DNA of 64,000 bases from NCBI RefSeq assembly GCF_036108815.1, contig NZ_CP107985.1, positions 6,386,058 to 6,450,057 on the forward strand. The letters are read 5' to 3'. A model generated the notes under the pieces. It was not told the origin of the DNA, made no database searches, and saw nothing but the letters and a program-made list of their open reading frames with translations. The position numbers were made by a program, and so were the translations under genes. The DNA is from Streptomyces sp. NBC_00353. Its GTDB lineage: Bacteria > Actinomycetota > Actinomycetes > Streptomycetales > Streptomycetaceae. Below are positions 40,344 through 50,702 of the stretch, piece by piece. The stretch's first letter is position 1. Every line of letters begins with the position of its first letter.

Positions 40344-41080
40344 CGGGCACCTCCGGCCGCAGAGGCGACCGCCTCCGTGGCGCTGCGGCTGCGCAGCAGC
40401 GAGCCCGCACCGGTCGGCAGACCCAGCCTTCGCTTGGCGCTCCGCTCCAGCAGATTCATCAGCAGGGTCAGCGCGTAGGCCAGGACGAAGTAGGCGACCA
40501 GCAGGGTCAGGTACGCGGTGAGCGTCTCACCGGTTCGGTCGCGCAGCTGCTGGATCACGGTCATCAGGTCGGCCGCGGAGATCAGCCACAGCAGCGGGGT
40601 GCACTTCAGCAGCTGGATCAGCAGATTGGTGAAGGACGGGATCATCTGCACCCAGGCCTGCGGAATGATCACCTTCCGCATCCGGTACAGCGGCGTCATG
40701 TTCAGCGCGACGGCCGCCTCGTACTGGGCACGGGGTACGGAGCTGATCGCACCGCGCACCACCTCGGAGCCGTACGCGCCGTAGTTGAGGCCGAAGGCGA
40801 CGACGCCGCAGAGCAGCGGCGTGAGTTCGTACCCCGTCAGCGGCGGCATGGCGTAGTAGAGCCAGAACAGCTGGATGTAGAGCGACGTGCCGCGGAAGAA
40901 CTCCACGACCACGCGTGACACGCCGCGCGTCACCAGCAGCCGGCTGACCGACATCAGACCGAGGACGAAGGACAGGAGCAGGGCGAGCAGCGCCCCCAGG
41001 ACGGTCGCCTGAAGGGTCACCCACAACCCCGAGCGCAGCTGCGGCAGATCGTCGACGAAGGCGGAGAGGAAATCACTCAT
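40340..41080 (-). CDS. amino-acid ABC transporter permease
   Basis: HisM/HisQ-type. ATGA-type overlap. Confidence 0.85.
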   Translation of the reverse strand: MSDFLSAFVDDLPQLRSGLWVTLQATVLGALLALLLSFVLGLMSVSRLLVTRGVSRVVVEFFRGTSLYIQLFWLYYAMPPLTGYELTPLLCGVVAFGLNYGAYGSEVVRGAISSVPRAQYEAAVALNMTPLYRMRKVIIPQAWVQMIPSFTNLLIQLLKCTPLLWLISAADLMTVIQQLRDRTGETLTAYLTLLVAYFVLAYALTLLMNLLERSAKRRLGLPTGAGSLLRSRSATEAVASAAGGAR

Positions 41081-41098
41081 GCGTGGGGTCCGTCCCTG

Positions 41099-42001
41099 TC
41101 AGCCCTTGCACAGATCGGCCGTCTTCAGGGTCGTCGGTGGCAGCTCGGTGGCTCCGAAGCCGTACTCCTGGAGCAGGCCGACATAACGCGACCTGTCGGA
41201 GACGATCTTCTTCAGCTCGCGGTTGAAGGCGTCCCGCAGATCCTCGTTGCCCTTGCGGAAGACGGCGCCGCCGGGGCTGTACTGCCGCTTGCCGTCGAGC
41301 TCCGGCAGAAAGGCCTCGGTGACCTCGGTGCCGGGGTTGGTCCTCGCCAGCCAGCGCAGCGAGATTCCGGTGAGCAGGAACGCGTCGATCCGGCCGCCCT
41401 TGACCGCGTCGGCGCCGTCCTGCGGCTTCTGCAGCGACTTGATCCTGTCCTTGGAGATGCCGGCCCCCTCGGCGTACGACGCCTCGACGGCACCCGACAT
41501 CACACCGACGACGACCCCGGCGGCCTTCGCCGATGCCAGGTCGGTGACCTTCTTCGGGTTGCCCTTCTTTACCATCAGCGCGGTGGGCGAGATGAACTCG
41601 GGCTCGGAGAAGATCGCGTTGGCGCAGCGCTCGGGCGTGATCGCCATGCCGGCGCTGACCACGTCGTACTTGCCTGCCTGCAGCCCGGGGATCAGGCCGT
41701 CCCACTCGGAGAGGGTGGGCTTCAGTTCGTCGACGCCGAGCGCCTTGAATATCTCCCGATGCAGGGTGGGCGCCTCGCCCTTGAGCTGCTTGCCCTCCAT
41801 GTAGCCGTACGGGGCCTCATTGGCGTACGCGACCCGGACGAACCCCTGCTTGCGGAGCGCCTCCAGTGCCCCCGCACCGTCCGCGGAACCGGCGTCGGTC
41901 TTGCTGCACGCGGAGAGCAGAACGGGCACGACGAGCAGACCACCTACGGCCGCCGATCGGTTGAGAAAGCCCCGACGGGACAGGTTCGGGAAGTCAGCCA
42001 T
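41099..42001 (-). CDS. amino-acid ABC transporter substrate-binding lipoprotein
   Basis: Lipobox LLSACS. SBP_bac_3-like fold. Confidence 0.85.
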   Translation of the reverse strand: MADFPNLSRRGFLNRSAAVGGLLVVPVLLSACSKTDAGSADGAGALEALRKQGFVRVAYANEAPYGYMEGKQLKGEAPTLHREIFKALGVDELKPTLSEWDGLIPGLQAGKYDVVSAGMAITPERCANAIFSEPEFISPTALMVKKGNPKKVTDLASAKAAGVVVGVMSGAVEASYAEGAGISKDRIKSLQKPQDGADAVKGGRIDAFLLTGISLRWLARTNPGTEVTEAFLPELDGKRQYSPGGAVFRKGNEDLRDAFNRELKKIVSDRSRYVGLLQEYGFGATELPPTTLKTADLCKG

Positions 42002-42257
42002 GGTTCGCAGTCTCCTGGAGGGGTCGAACAGTCCGGACAGGTTCAGCGCCTGCCCGATCCCGTGCGCCTATGCAGGAAGAGGGTGCATGTAATCGAACGG
42101 TGGCCGGTGCGTGACCTTCCCGTGTCTTCATGTGGGCGGAGCGCGACGGCCGGTGCGCAGCGTGTATTCCCGGGGGTGGAACGGCCGATGACCGACCGTC
42201 ATGGGACGATGTCCGTCATGGGCGGATGAAGTGGTCATCGAGCCGGACCGGTTGGGG

Positions 42258-43217
42258 TCACTCGCTCCGGTCCCGGCCGGGGACGTACCCGAGCCGCTTG
42301 TCGACCACGTTCGGCAAGGGCTTCCCGGCCGCCCAGAGTTCGTACATCTCCACGAACTGCTCACCCAGCCGGTCCCGCCAGCCGACGGTGTCGCCGCTCA
42401 TGTGCGGGGACACGATCAGCCCCGGTACGTCCCACAGCGCGCTCCCCGGATCCAGCGGCTCATGCGCGAACACATCGAGGGCCGCGCCCGCGATCCACCG
42501 CCTGCGCAGCGCGTCGGCCAGATCCTCCTCGACGACCATCGGACCGCGCCCGACATTGATGAAGCGGGCCGACGGCTGCATCAGCCCGAAGAACCGCGCG
42601 TCGAACATCCCGCGCGTGCGCTCCGTCAGCGGCGCCGCGCAGATCACCCAGTCGGCGAGCGCCGCCAGCCGGTCCAGATCCTCGGCACCATGGATACTGC
42701 GGCGTGCGGTACGCCCGACGAGCGCCACCTGGACCCCCAGCGCCATCAGCAGCCGGGTGATCTCCCGGCCGATCGGCCCGGCCCCGACCACCACCGCGCG
42801 GGCGCCCGCGACCTGCTGCGATTCGCGGTGACGCCACCGCCGCTGCCGCTGCAGCTCCAGCGTGCCGGGGACGTCCTTGGCGAACGCCAGCACCAGGCTC
42901 AGCACATATTCGGCGATCGGCCGCTCGAAGACGCCCCGGGCATTGGTCAGCACGGTGTCGGACGCGGCCAGCTCCGGGCAGAGCAGCCGGTCCACGCCCG
43001 CGCTCGCCGTATGCACCCAGCGGGGCCGCGGCCCGTCGCCCGGCCAGGCGGCGCGTACCGCGTCGGAGGTGAAGTCCCACACCAGCAGAGCATCGGCGTG
43101 CGGCAGTTGCCCGGCGAGGCCGGCCTCGTCCGTGTACCGGATCCGGACCCGTCCGGTCAGCCGGCCGAGACGCGGCGAAGGGTCGCTGTCCAGGACGAGC
43201 AGGGTGGGCTCTGGCAT
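42258..43217 (-). CDS. D-isomer-specific 2-hydroxyacid dehydrogenase family protein
   Basis: NAD-binding motif AVVVGAGPIGREI and a catalytic His/Glu region. Start at the ATG at 43217. The upstream part of the ORF is junk. Confidence 0.8.
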   Translation of the reverse strand: MPEPTLLVLDSDPSPRLGRLTGRVRIRYTDEAGLAGQLPHADALLVWDFTSDAVRAAWPGDGPRPRWVHTASAGVDRLLCPELAASDTVLTNARGVFERPIAEYVLSLVLAFAKDVPGTLELQRQRRWRHRESQQVAGARAVVVGAGPIGREITRLLMALGVQVALVGRTARRSIHGAEDLDRLAALADWVICAAPLTERTRGMFDARFFGLMQPSARFINVGRGPMVVEEDLADALRRRWIAGAALDVFAHEPLDPGSALWDVPGLIVSPHMSGDTVGWRDRLGEQFVEMYELWAAGKPLPNVVDKRLGYVPGRDRSE

Positions 43218-43380
43218 GAGAGACGGTGGCTCCGCTGTGTCTGAGATGTGCGGATTGACCACGCTCGCACCCCGGCCCGGCTCCGTCAACGGGAATGTGG
43301 GCGGCGGCTGCCGAGGGGAATACTGGGCAGAGGGGGGCAGTAGCGGCAGTACACCGGTCCAGCAGTGCAGGAGGGTGGAC

Positions 43381-44124
43381 ATGACGACCGTCGGATTCCT
43401 CTATCCGGGTCACTTCGCGGAGGACGAGTTCCCACGGATGGAGGTCATCCTCGACACCACCATCAGGTTGGTGGTGAACCGCACCGAACCCGGCGAGGAC
43501 GACCGGCGCCCCGAGACCCTGCGAGAGCTGGGAGAGCCCGAACGCCTCGCCGCCGGCATCGAGGAGCTGCGGCGCGCCGGCGTGGAGTCGGTGGTCTGGG
43601 CCAGCACCGGCGGGAGCTTCGTGTACGGCTGGGAGGGTGCCCATGGGCAGACCACCGCCCTGGCCCGGGCGGCGGGACTGCCCGCCTCCAGTGCGTCACT
43701 CGGCTTCGTCCAGGCGGTACGGGCGCTGGGCGCCGCCCGCGTCGCGGTCGCCGCGACCTACCCCGAGGAGATCGCCCGGCTCTTCAGCGAGTTCCTGGGC
43801 GCCGCGGGCATCGACGTGATCGCCACACACAGCGGCGGCGTCACCTCCGCAGCCGAGGCCGCCGCGTGGGGTCCGGACCGTCTGAAGGAGCTCGCCGTCG
43901 CAGCGGACCGCCCGGACGCGGACGCCGTACTGCTGCCGGACACCGCCCTGCACACCGCCGCGCACATCCGGGACCTGGAAGAACTCCTTGCGAAGCCGGT
44001 TCTCACCGCGAACCAGGTGACGGTGTTCGAGGCGCTGCGACTGGCCCGCCGCCGTACCTGGGCGCCGCAGCTGGGCACGCTCTTCGCCACCCGGGAGGCG
44101 CCACCGGCCCCGGTGGGGGTGTGA
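43381..44124 (+). CDS. Asp/Glu/hydantoin-racemase superfamily protein (maleate isomerase / arylmalonate decarboxylase-like)
   Basis: Fold-typical motifs ASTGGSF and IATHSGG. GGAGGG precedes the ATG. Confidence 0.7.
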   Translation: MTTVGFLYPGHFAEDEFPRMEVILDTTIRLVVNRTEPGEDDRRPETLRELGEPERLAAGIEELRRAGVESVVWASTGGSFVYGWEGAHGQTTALARAAGLPASSASLGFVQAVRALGAARVAVAATYPEEIARLFSEFLGAAGIDVIATHSGGVTSAAEAAAWGPDRLKELAVAADRPDADAVLLPDTALHTAAHIRDLEELLAKPVLTANQVTVFEALRLARRRTWAPQLGTLFATREAPPAPVGV

Positions 44125-44227
44125 CCGGCCCGGCGTGACCGGCCGGGGAATAAGCGGAGACAACCTCCTGTTAGGCATCCCGGACGTACGCGTCCGGACG
44201 CCAGCGCATCACCGGAGAGGCCTTCAC

Positions 44228-45301
44228 GTGGACAACAACCGAGGCGACGACATTCGCGGCCGGGCCGAGGGAACGGCCCCCGTGCCGCTCTCGGTGCTCG
44301 ACCTGGTGAGCGTGGGCCAGGGCCGCACCGCGACCCAGGCGCTCCGCACCAGCGTGGACATCGCGCAACTGGCCGAACGCCGCGGCTTCCACCGCCTCTG
44401 GGTCGCCGAACACCACTCCATGCCCGGCGTCGCCTCGTCGTCCCCGGCCGTGATCCTCGCCCATCTTGCCGCGCACACCGAGCGGCTCCGGCTCGGCTCC
44501 GGCGGGGTGATGCTGCCCAACCACGCTCCGCTCGTCATCGCCGAACAGTTCGGCACCCTGGAGGCCATGGCTCCCGGCCGTATCGACCTGGGCCTGGGCC
44601 GCGCGCCCGGCACGGACGGCGCGACCGCCGCCGCCCTGCGCCGCACCGACCGGCTGAACGAGGGCGCCGACGACTTCCCGCAGCAGCTTGCCGAGCTGAC
44701 CCGGTTCCTGGACGACGACTTCCCCGACGGTCACCCGTACGCCCGCATCCACGCGGTCCCGGGCCCGGTACAGGGCCCCACCGGCCGCCCGCCGATCTGG
44801 CTGCTCGGCTCCTCCGGCTTCAGTGCGAGGCTGGCCGGCGTCCTCGGCCTGCCGTTCGCCTTCGCCCACCACTTCTCGGCGCAGAACACGATCCCGGCGC
44901 TCGACCTGTACCGGGAGTCGTTCAAGCCTTCCGCGGTGCTCGACGCCCCGTACGCCCTGATCGGCGTCTCGGCGCTGGCCGCCGACGAGGAGCGCGAGGC
45001 CCGGCGCCAGGTGCTGACCGGTGCGCTGTCGATGGTCCGCCTGCGCACCGGCCGGCCCGGTCTGATCCCGACCCCCGAGGAGGCGGAGGCGTACGCCTTC
45101 ACCCCGATGGAGCGCGAGTTCGTCGACGGCTGGCTCGGCAACGTCATCCACGGAACGGCGGACGAGGTCCGCTCCGGGCTGGACGACCTGGCCAAGCGGA
45201 CCGGTGCGGACGAGTTGATGATCACTGCCAATGCGCATGGGGGTGGGGCGCGGGTTCGGAGCTATGAGCTGATCGCGGATGCGTATGGGCTGCGTGGCTG
45301 A
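44228..45301 (+). CDS. LLM-class (luciferase-like) flavin-dependent oxidoreductase
   Basis: Motifs LWVAEHH and [37 protein letters not shown] start follows GGAGAGG. Confidence 0.8.
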   Translation: MDNNRGDDIRGRAEGTAPVPLSVLDLVSVGQGRTATQALRTSVDIAQLAERRGFHRLWVAEHHSMPGVASSSPAVILAHLAAHTERLRLGSGGVMLPNHAPLVIAEQFGTLEAMAPGRIDLGLGRAPGTDGATAAALRRTDRLNEGADDFPQQLAELTRFLDDDFPDGHPYARIHAVPGPVQGPTGRPPIWLLGSSGFSARLAGVLGLPFAFAHHFSAQNTIPALDLYRESFKPSAVLDAPYALIGVSALAADEEREARRQVLTGALSMVRLRTGRPGLIPTPEEAEAYAFTPMEREFVDGWLGNVIHGTADEVRSGLDDLAKRTGADELMITANAHGGGARVRSYELIADAYGLRG

Positions 45302-45462
45302 GGGGTGTGCGGGTTCGTCGGCGTGACCGTTTCTGTCCTCAAGCGCCGGACGGGCTGATGGATGCCCTCAATCGCCGGGCGGGCTTGATTTTGCCGGGCG
45401 GGTTGGGTGTGCCGGGGCGGGCTCGGGCGCGCCGGGCGGGATCGGGTCGGTGGCAGGCCGCT

Positions 45463-47409
45463 TCAGCGTTGCAGGGGTCTGGTGCCGATCAGTTCCGCGA
45501 TGCGTTCCGGGGCCACCGCTCGTGAGTAGAGCCAGCCCTGGCCGGTGTCGCAGCCGATCCGGCGCAGTCGCTCCGCCTGGCCCGCGGTCTCCACGCACTC
45601 CGCGGTGACCGTCAGCCCCAGCCGGTGCGCCAGCTGCACCATCGCCTCGACGATCGTCTCGTCGGCGGGGCTGGGGTGCGCGCCGTCGTCGTAACGGAAG
45701 CCGCGTACGAACGAGCCGTCCAGCTTCAGTACGGACACCGGCAGCCGACTCAGATAGGCGAGGTTCGAGTAGCCGGTCCCGAAGTCGTCGATGGCGATCC
45801 GGACGCCCATGTCGCTGAGCGCCTGGAGCGCCTCCAGCGGGCGGCCCGCCGAGCCCATCACCGCGGACTCGGTCAGTTCGAGCTGCAGCAGTCCGGGTGC
45901 CAGGCCGGTCTCGGCGAGGATCTCCGCGACATCCGTCACCAGGTCCGAGTCCCAGACCTGCCGCACGGCGACATTGACGCTGATGAACAGCGGCGGCTCG
46001 GTCGGATGGTCCAGCTGCCAGCGCCGGGCCTGGCGGCACGCCGACTGCAGCACCCACCGGCCGAGCTGGACGATCGAGCCGTCCTCCTCGGCGATCGCGA
46101 CGAACCGATTCGGCGAGAGCATGCCGAACTGCGGGTGGTTCCAGCGGACCAGGGCCTCCACCCCGCGCACGACTCCGTCGGCCATCCCGACCAGCGGCTG
46201 GTACTCGATGGTGAACTCGCCGCGCTCGACAGCCGGCCGCAGCGTGGACGAGAGAGCCTGCCGGGTCATCCGGTGAGCGTTGCGCTCGGGGTCGAAGAGC
46301 GTCCAACGGGCCTTCCCGTCCGCCTTCGCCCAGTACAGCGTGGTGTCGGCGGCCTGCATGAGACCGGTCGCCGAGGTGCCGGCCACGGCCCGCTCCACCA
46401 CGCCGATCGACGCCGATACGGCCAGCCGCTGCCCGGCCAGGTCGAACGGCTTCTGCAGGGCGGTGAGCACCGCGCGGGCGAGATCGGTGAGCTGCTGCGC
46501 ACCCGCGGACTCCTCGACGAGGATGGCGAACTCGTCGCCGCCGAGGCGCGCCACGAGTGAGGCGCCGGTGCGGTGCTGGTTCTCCTGTTCGGCGCAGTCG
46601 GTGAGTCTGGCGGCGACGGCGGCGAGCAGCCGGTCGCCGATCCGGTGGCCCATCGTGTCGTTGACGGCCTTGAACCCGTCGAGGTCGAGGTAGCAGAGCC
46701 CGATCCGGCCGTGCCGCCGGGGACCGTCCTGGTCCGGCGGAGTCACCAGGGCGGCCGAGAGGCGTTCGAAGAACAGGGTCCGGTTGGGCAGCCGGGTCAC
46801 CGGGTCGTGCATCTGGAGGTGGCGCAGCCGCTTCTGCAGCTCGCGCCGGTCGCTGATGTCGGCGACGGAGAGCAGTACGGGACAGGAACCGGGGGAGGAA
46901 CCGGGTGGCGTCTGCGGCATCGGCGCGACGGTGATCTCGGCCCACAGCGAGCGCCCGTCGGGGTGCTTGAGCCTGCGCGTGCAGCGGAACCGGGAGCGCC
47001 GGCCGCGCAGCACCTCGCGGTACGCATGCCAGGTGCGGCCGTCCGACGAGACGTCGAGCAGATCGGACGCGGACTGCGTCGTCAGCGTCACGGGGTCGGC
47101 GCCGAGCAGCGCGCCGAGGGCGTCGTTGGCGGTGAGGATCAGGCCTTCGTGGTCGACGACGGCCATCGGAAGGGTGGCGGCCCGGAAGACGGCCCGGTAG
47201 TCGGCGCCGCGGCCGACCGGCCCGGACCCACCGATGCCGTCAGCGGTCCCGCCTGCGAGGCCGTCTCCGGCCCTGTCCGCGGTCCCGTCCGCGGCACCGT
47301 TTCCGGCCCGCGCCGACGCGGGATCCGTATGACGCTCCGTGACCGGCGGTCGCGCGGTAGGGGGCGCTGCGCCTGCCGGGGGCCTCGGCCCTTCGGAGGT
47401 TTCGCTCAC
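45463..47409 (-). CDS. PAS-GGDEF-EAL cyclic-di-GMP turnover protein
   Basis: GGDEF active-site motif present as GGDEF in RLGGDEFAI. EAL region with the motifs ELTE and DDFGTGYS. Start chosen at the GTG at 47409 after GGGAG. An alternative ATG lies at 47520. Confidence 0.8.
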   Translation of the reverse strand: MSETSEGPRPPAGAAPPTARPPVTERHTDPASARAGNGAADGTADRAGDGLAGGTADGIGGSGPVGRGADYRAVFRAATLPMAVVDHEGLILTANDALGALLGADPVTLTTQSASDLLDVSSDGRTWHAYREVLRGRRSRFRCTRRLKHPDGRSLWAEITVAPMPQTPPGSSPGSCPVLLSVADISDRRELQKRLRHLQMHDPVTRLPNRTLFFERLSAALVTPPDQDGPRRHGRIGLCYLDLDGFKAVNDTMGHRIGDRLLAAVAARLTDCAEQENQHRTGASLVARLGGDEFAILVEESAGAQQLTDLARAVLTALQKPFDLAGQRLAVSASIGVVERAVAGTSATGLMQAADTTLYWAKADGKARWTLFDPERNAHRMTRQALSSTLRPAVERGEFTIEYQPLVGMADGVVRGVEALVRWNHPQFGMLSPNRFVAIAEEDGSIVQLGRWVLQSACRQARRWQLDHPTEPPLFISVNVAVRQVWDSDLVTDVAEILAETGLAPGLLQLELTESAVMGSAGRPLEALQALSDMGVRIAIDDFGTGYSNLAYLSRLPVSVLKLDGSFVRGFRYDDGAHPSPADETIVEAMVQLAHRLGLTVTAECVETAGQAERLRRIGCDTGQGWLYSRAVAPERIAELIGTRPLQR

Positions 47410-47817
47410 CGCTCGCTCCCGCCGTGCAGTTCTGTCCTGAACAGATGTGGTCGGACTGGGCCCGCCGCGTGGAGTGCCGTTGTCGGGGCGGAAACCACGC
47501 AGGAAAGCGTGGTGAAGCATAGAGGTTGTCGTCCGGCCCGTTCCAGCTCGCCGCCCGTTCCGGGCCCGCGGATCGCCCCGCATGGGCCATTCGCGCGCCG
47601 ATCCGGTTTGCCCAGGACTGATTGTTTCTGCGCGGCTCTGTTCTCTCCAGTCGATCTTGGGTCCGTCTCGCGCAGTTGCGGTGATCGATTATGACTGTCC
47701 GTGAAAAGGCACCGGGTGGCGGCCTGTTTACCCGAGTGGGGTAGCACAACAGGGCGTATACCACCAAACCGGCACAGTCTGGATGGCGAGTCCCGCATCC
47801 CGCACCCGGAGGTCGAT

Positions 47818-49059
47818 GTGCCGCGTAAGCGCAGACTCGCGGGAGTGGAGAGGCCGAGTCCGCGTGGCGTACTGGCAGGGCTGATCGCGCTCCTGGCGCT
47901 CGCCGCCATCTCTCTTGTCGCCGGTCCGGCGGTGGCCGTCACCGGGGCGGCCGGCCCGTGCGCCCTGCCCCGGACCGAGGTGCACCACTCGCTGGGAGTG
48001 GGTGACTGGAACGACGCCTACCCGCGCCCGGACCACACGCTCGACGCGGTCATGATCTTCCTCTCCTTCACGGACGCCCGCCCCGTCACCACCCCCGCCG
48101 AGCTCGCTGCCGACTACTTCCCCGCCACCACCCAGTTCTTCCAGCGCGCCTCGTACGGGAAGTTCACCCTGCGCCCGCACCCGCAGCGGCATTGGATCCG
48201 GATGCCCAGGAGCTCCACCGCGTACGGGATAAAGCGCGACTGGGACGACGGCCGGCGCAGCGAGTATCTGCGTGACGCGATTGCCGTAGCCGACGACCAG
48301 GTCGACTTCTCGAAGTACGACATCGTCTATCTGGTCGCCGACCCGGACGCCCCCGGCGTCGACTCCGATGCCACCAAGGTCGTCAACTTCGACCGGCCGC
48401 TGCACGCCGACGGCACGGACATCAGACGTGTCGTCACCGTTTTCGAACAGCACCCGCCGGACCGGAACGTGCTGGCCCACGAGACCGGGCACGTCTTCGA
48501 CCTGCCGGACCTCTATCACCGGCCGACGGACGGCAAGGGTGACTGGGACACGTATGTCGGCGACTGGGACGTGATGGGCAGCCAGTTCGGCCTCGCGCCG
48601 GATCTGTTCGGCTGGCAGAAGTGGAAGCTGGGCTGGCTGGACCGCGGGCAGGTGGCGTGCATCCAGCGCAAGCAGGACATCACCCTGGAGTCGATGGCCG
48701 CCGTCCCGGCACGCGGTGCGTCCCTCGGGACGCGGCTCGCGGTGATCAGGACCGGGGTGGGCGGCGTGGTGGCGATGGAGGCCCGCAGCGCCACCGGCAA
48801 CGACCGGACGACCTGCAGCGAAGGGGTGCTGATCTACCGGGTCCGCAACGGGACGTCGTCCGGCGGCGGGCCCATCCAGGTCATCGACACCCACCCCCAC
48901 ACCGACGCCTGCTGGGACCTGTCGGTCTACCCGCCGCTCGCGGACGCCCCGCTGCGGGTCGGTGAGACGTACACCATTCCCGGTGAGCACACCAGGGTCG
49001 AGGTCGCGGACCGGACGCCGTCGGGGGCCTGGACGGTCAGGATCACCACCGGCACGTGA
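47818..49059 (+). CDS. M6-family (immune-inhibitor-A-like) zinc metalloprotease, secreted
   Basis: Motif HETGHVFDLPDLY (HExxH + LPDLY). Signal peptide present. GTG start follows GGAGG. Confidence 0.7.
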   Translation: MPRKRRLAGVERPSPRGVLAGLIALLALAAISLVAGPAVAVTGAAGPCALPRTEVHHSLGVGDWNDAYPRPDHTLDAVMIFLSFTDARPVTTPAELAADYFPATTQFFQRASYGKFTLRPHPQRHWIRMPRSSTAYGIKRDWDDGRRSEYLRDAIAVADDQVDFSKYDIVYLVADPDAPGVDSDATKVVNFDRPLHADGTDIRRVVTVFEQHPPDRNVLAHETGHVFDLPDLYHRPTDGKGDWDTYVGDWDVMGSQFGLAPDLFGWQKWKLGWLDRGQVACIQRKQDITLESMAAVPARGASLGTRLAVIRTGVGGVVAMEARSATGNDRTTCSEGVLIYRVRNGTSSGGGPIQVIDTHPHTDACWDLSVYPPLADAPLRVGETYTIPGEHTRVEVADRTPSGAWTVRITTGT

Positions 49060-49150
49060 GCAGGATCACCGCCGGCGCGTGAGCAACCGGTCCCGCGGTG
49101 AAACGAAAACGAAGAAGCCCCCCGCTTGTGCGAGGGGCTTCTTCCGTCTG

Positions 49151-49224
49151 TGCGCCGCCAGGGACTCGAACCCCGGACCCGCTGATTAAGAGTCAGCTGC
49201 TCTAACCAACTGAGCTAGCGGCGC
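49151..49224 (-). tRNA. tRNA-Lys (anticodon CUU), copy 3
   Basis: Identical 74 nt. Downstream hairpin at 49111-49144 followed by a T-rich tract on the minus strand. Confidence 0.9.
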
Positions 49225-50111
49225 CTGCTGACGTCGTAGACCTTAGCACCCTGATCGGCGGGAGGAAAAATCGAAATCCGGGCCGTCGACGCGGGCGCCG
49301 AGCGGGTCACGCGTACACAGGCCCAGAGCAGTACGTCGGGGCCCGGCAGCCATGGGCTACGGGTGTCGGGAGCGACCACCCATCGGGGCCCGGGCGAGGT
49401 GGAACCGCAGGCCAGAGGCGGGACGGTCACCGCGTCGCCGGTGCCGTGACAGAGCAGCGGCGGGAACCTGTTCTCCTGGTCGTCCGGCCCTCCGGGCGCC
49501 TGCGGGTCGTGCTCCGTCACCGGCTCGGGGCGGCTGCCCCACTCCTCCCAGTCGAGCAGCGACGGCAGCCGCTGGGCGGTCCCGGGCGCGGCGAACAGCA
49601 GCATCCGCCCGCGGTGTGAGGCGACCGGCCCCGAGCCGGGCCCGTCGGCCCACAGGTGCTCCAGCATGCGCCGCCCGAAGAGCGCGGGCACATTGACCAC
49701 ATCGAACGCGGAGCCGCACGGCAGCACACCGGGCGAGCCGGGGTGGGCCTGCCACTGGGCGAGCGTGGAGCGCGGATAGGCCGTGGCGCCGGCGAGCCAG
49801 GCGGCGCCCGCAGCGGTGACCTGCGCGGTCTGATGCCCGGCTTGATTCCCGGGCTGGGGTCCGGCCTGGGTTCCGGTCCGGTCCCCGGTCTGGTCCCGCA
49901 GGGCGGCGAAGATGTCGACGCTGTGCTGGGACCCGGTGCCGGGGTACAGGGTCGATTGGTCTGGCAGCCATGCAGTCATGTGCACTGGTCTACCGGGAGT
50001 GACGGTCCGGATTCCAAGAGTTGCCGGAAATCGGGACAGGGTGGTGGGGGGAGGAGTATCTTGCCCGCGGGCATATGCCAGCGGGCTGTACCCGGAGTCA
50101 GCTCCGGGCAA
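49215..50111 (-). CDS. hypothetical protein, 298 aa, possible degenerate primase-polymerase-like
   Basis: Long ORF with coding-like bias. The 3' end overlaps the tRNA by 10 nt. There is weak resemblance to Prim-Pol cores (VLPCGSAFDVVNVP ... SHRGRMLLFAAPG). Start unsure (TTG 50111 or ATG near 49979). Confidence 0.45.
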   Translation of the reverse strand: MPGADSGYSPLAYARGQDTPPPTTLSRFPATLGIRTVTPGRPVHMTAWLPDQSTLYPGTGSQHSVDIFAALRDQTGDRTGTQAGPQPGNQAGHQTAQVTAAGAAWLAGATAYPRSTLAQWQAHPGSPGVLPCGSAFDVVNVPALFGRRMLEHLWADGPGSGPVASHRGRMLLFAAPGTAQRLPSLLDWEEWGSRPEPVTEHDPQAPGGPDDQENRFPPLLCHGTGDAVTVPPLACGSTSPGPRWVVAPDTRSPWLPGPDVLLWACVRVTRSAPASTARISIFPPADQGAKVYDVSRRR

Positions 50112-50129
50112 GGGCCGGACGCTCCGGCG

Positions 50130-50471
50130 TCACGGTCTGGCGCCGCCCAGCAGGCTCCGGCCGAATTCGACCATCTTCTTCGCGTAGTCCTCGGTCCACT
50201 CCGCGCGCTCCGCGATGTCCGCAGTGGTCAGCCGGTCGAACCGGCGCGGGTCGGCCAGCTGGGCAGCGGCGATCGCCTGGAACTCGACCGCGCGATCGGT
50301 CGCGGCGCGGAATGCCAGGGTCAGCTCGGTGGCGCGGTCCAGCATCTCCTTCGGGTCGTCCATCGACTCCAGGTCGAAGAAGTGCTCGGGATCGGCGACC
50401 GCCGCCGACGGCTCGAAGAGCAGGGGCGCGGGGCGCAGCCGCTGCCGCTCGTTCCGCTCGGGTTGTGCCAT
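50130..50471 (-). CDS. small acidic hypothetical protein, 113 aa
   Basis: ATG preceded by a strong GGAGGA. The remainder of the 180-aa ORF is upstream junk. Confidence 0.55.
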   Translation of the reverse strand: MAQPERNERQRLRPAPLLFEPSAAVADPEHFFDLESMDDPKEMLDRATELTLAFRAATDRAVEFQAIAAAQLADPRRFDRLTTADIAERAEWTEDYAKKMVEFGRSLLGGARP

Positions 50472-50702
50472 GTGGTGTTCCTCCTTCGGTGGGCCCGACG
50501 GCCACCCTCTATTGTCCAACCCGCCGCAAGTGCGCTTCGGGGCGGTGCACGGGGCCAGTGCGCGGGAGCGCGCACCAACACACCTCCGGGCGCGACACGC
50601 GCCCCCGGTGGCCCATCGCATATGGCCCGACGACGTTACGGACGCTCGCACCGACGGTGCTGCGGCGCCCACCGCACCGGCGACGCTACGGCGCCCACCG
50701 CG

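Noticed and set aside
45370-45445. Possible CRISPR array
   Set aside because: The repeats are 10-nt G-rich units with about 10-nt degenerate spacers, and there are no cas genes. This fits a protein-binding or G-rich tandem array, not CRISPR.
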